Positions 63,001 to 64,000 of a DNA stretch of 64,000 nt are shown one piece after another (positions within the stretch are counted from its first letter, which is position 1; each line of letters begins with the position of its first letter). This DNA comes from Mantamonas sphyraenae STR306 (lineage: Eukaryota; Protista; CRuMs), in assembly GCA_026936335.1 (NCBI GenBank), contig JAPMXV010000055.1, forward strand, positions 124,001-188,000, given 5' to 3'. The notes beneath the pieces were generated by a model. The model saw only the letters and a program-made list of their open reading frames with translations. It made no database searches and had not been told where the DNA came from. A program made the translations under genes and the position numbers.

Positions 63001-64000
63001 ATGGACAAAATCGCCCAGATGAAGATGCCGACCAGTGCGTCGACTGGCCTGAAGATCCTCGGTGGCCTGGTTGCGTTGGGAGTGACGGTGAACGAGTCGC
63101 TGTACAACGTGGAGGGTGGTTATCGTGCCGTCGTCTTCAACCGCTTCACGGGCGTCTCCCAGGACGTGTATGGCGAAGGCACCCATCTGCGTATTCCCCT
63201 CGTAGACTACCCGTACATCTTTGACGTGCGCACCAAGGTCCGTTCACTTGCTGCCGCCCCCAATCCCGCCCTTTGTCACACCGACTCACACACACACGCA
63301 CACACAGCCGCGCCAGTTCACCTCGCTGACCGGGAGCCGAGGTACGTGGTTACCCTTGGATTGTGAATAACCATGGGCAGAGTCTGGTTTGGGACGGGGG
63401 GGATTGGGGGACTTGCATATGGCCAGATTGGAGGGAAAGGGAGAGGAAGAGCGGACGGAAGCCGCGATTTCAGTCGAATTTCCTGAGGGGGAAGCGCCGC
63501 GTGGCCGGTTTGACTGACACAGAGCACACGTGGACACACGAAACACAGACCTGCAGATGGTGAACATCACCATGCGTGTGTTGACCAAGCCCGTGGTGGA
63601 GAAGCTGCCGCAGATCTACCAGACGCTGGGCCCGCAGTACGACGAGACGGTGCTGCCTTCGGTGGTGCACGAAGTGGTCAAGGGCGTGGTGGCGCAGTTC
63701 AACGCCTCGCAACTGACCACACAGCGTGAACAGGTGAGTTTTGTGTGGCATGGGAGGTATGCAAAACGACGTGAAGGAGGGTGCCGTGGCCCACACAGTC
63801 CATGACAAGGCCGGACGGATGCTGGTGAAAGTGGCCGCATGTGACTGGCTCGATTCCTCTCTTTCTCCTCTCTCTCTCTCACACACACACACACACGCAC
63901 ACTCTCTCTCTCTCTCTCTGTTCACAGGTGTCGCGTCTGATTCGCCGACGCATGATCCAACGCTGCAGGGACTTTCACATTGTGATGGACGACGTGTCGA
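63001..64000 (+). CDS. PHB2: Prohibitin-2, multi-exon, truncated by the window edge
   Basis: [37 protein letters not shown]. Confidence 0.92.

Overview
Gene-dense, GC-rich eukaryotic nuclear DNA, probably from a flagellated protist (it carries B9D1, a SYP7-type SNARE and a 7TM-TKL kinase); the lineage cannot be assigned from this window. I find about 38 protein-coding loci with short GT-AG introns, mostly near 5' ends, and intergenic gaps often only 10-90 nt. Recognisable genes include MCCC2, a Spinster MFS, PIG-H, alkaline ceramidase, MscS, XPB, POLR3B, an NPC1-like protein, RPP21, B9D1, adenylate kinase, DUS4L, CapZ-alpha, the four core histones, NUDT1, an HSF-like factor, CSTF1, HMCES/SRAP, two LRR paralogues and prohibitin-2. 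Highlights: (1) all four core histone genes share a 3' element made of a non-canonical hairpin (TGGCATT, 11-12 nt loop, AATGCCR), an AC-rich linker, a TTCTAA(A/G)GAG box resembling the animal U7-binding histone downstream element, and a distal GATAAA; this suggests an undescribed variant of histone mRNA 3'-end processing. (2) A 2564-bp near-identical inverted duplication (B9D1 + adenylate kinase) flanks a 3.66-kb segment. (3) There is a prokaryote/giant-virus-type amino DNA methyltransferase. (4) Histone H4 carries K20R. (5) HMCES begins MPPC instead of MC. About ten single-base frameshifts, mostly in homopolymer runs, look like assembly errors. All protein identities come from motif recognition by eye; no searches were run.
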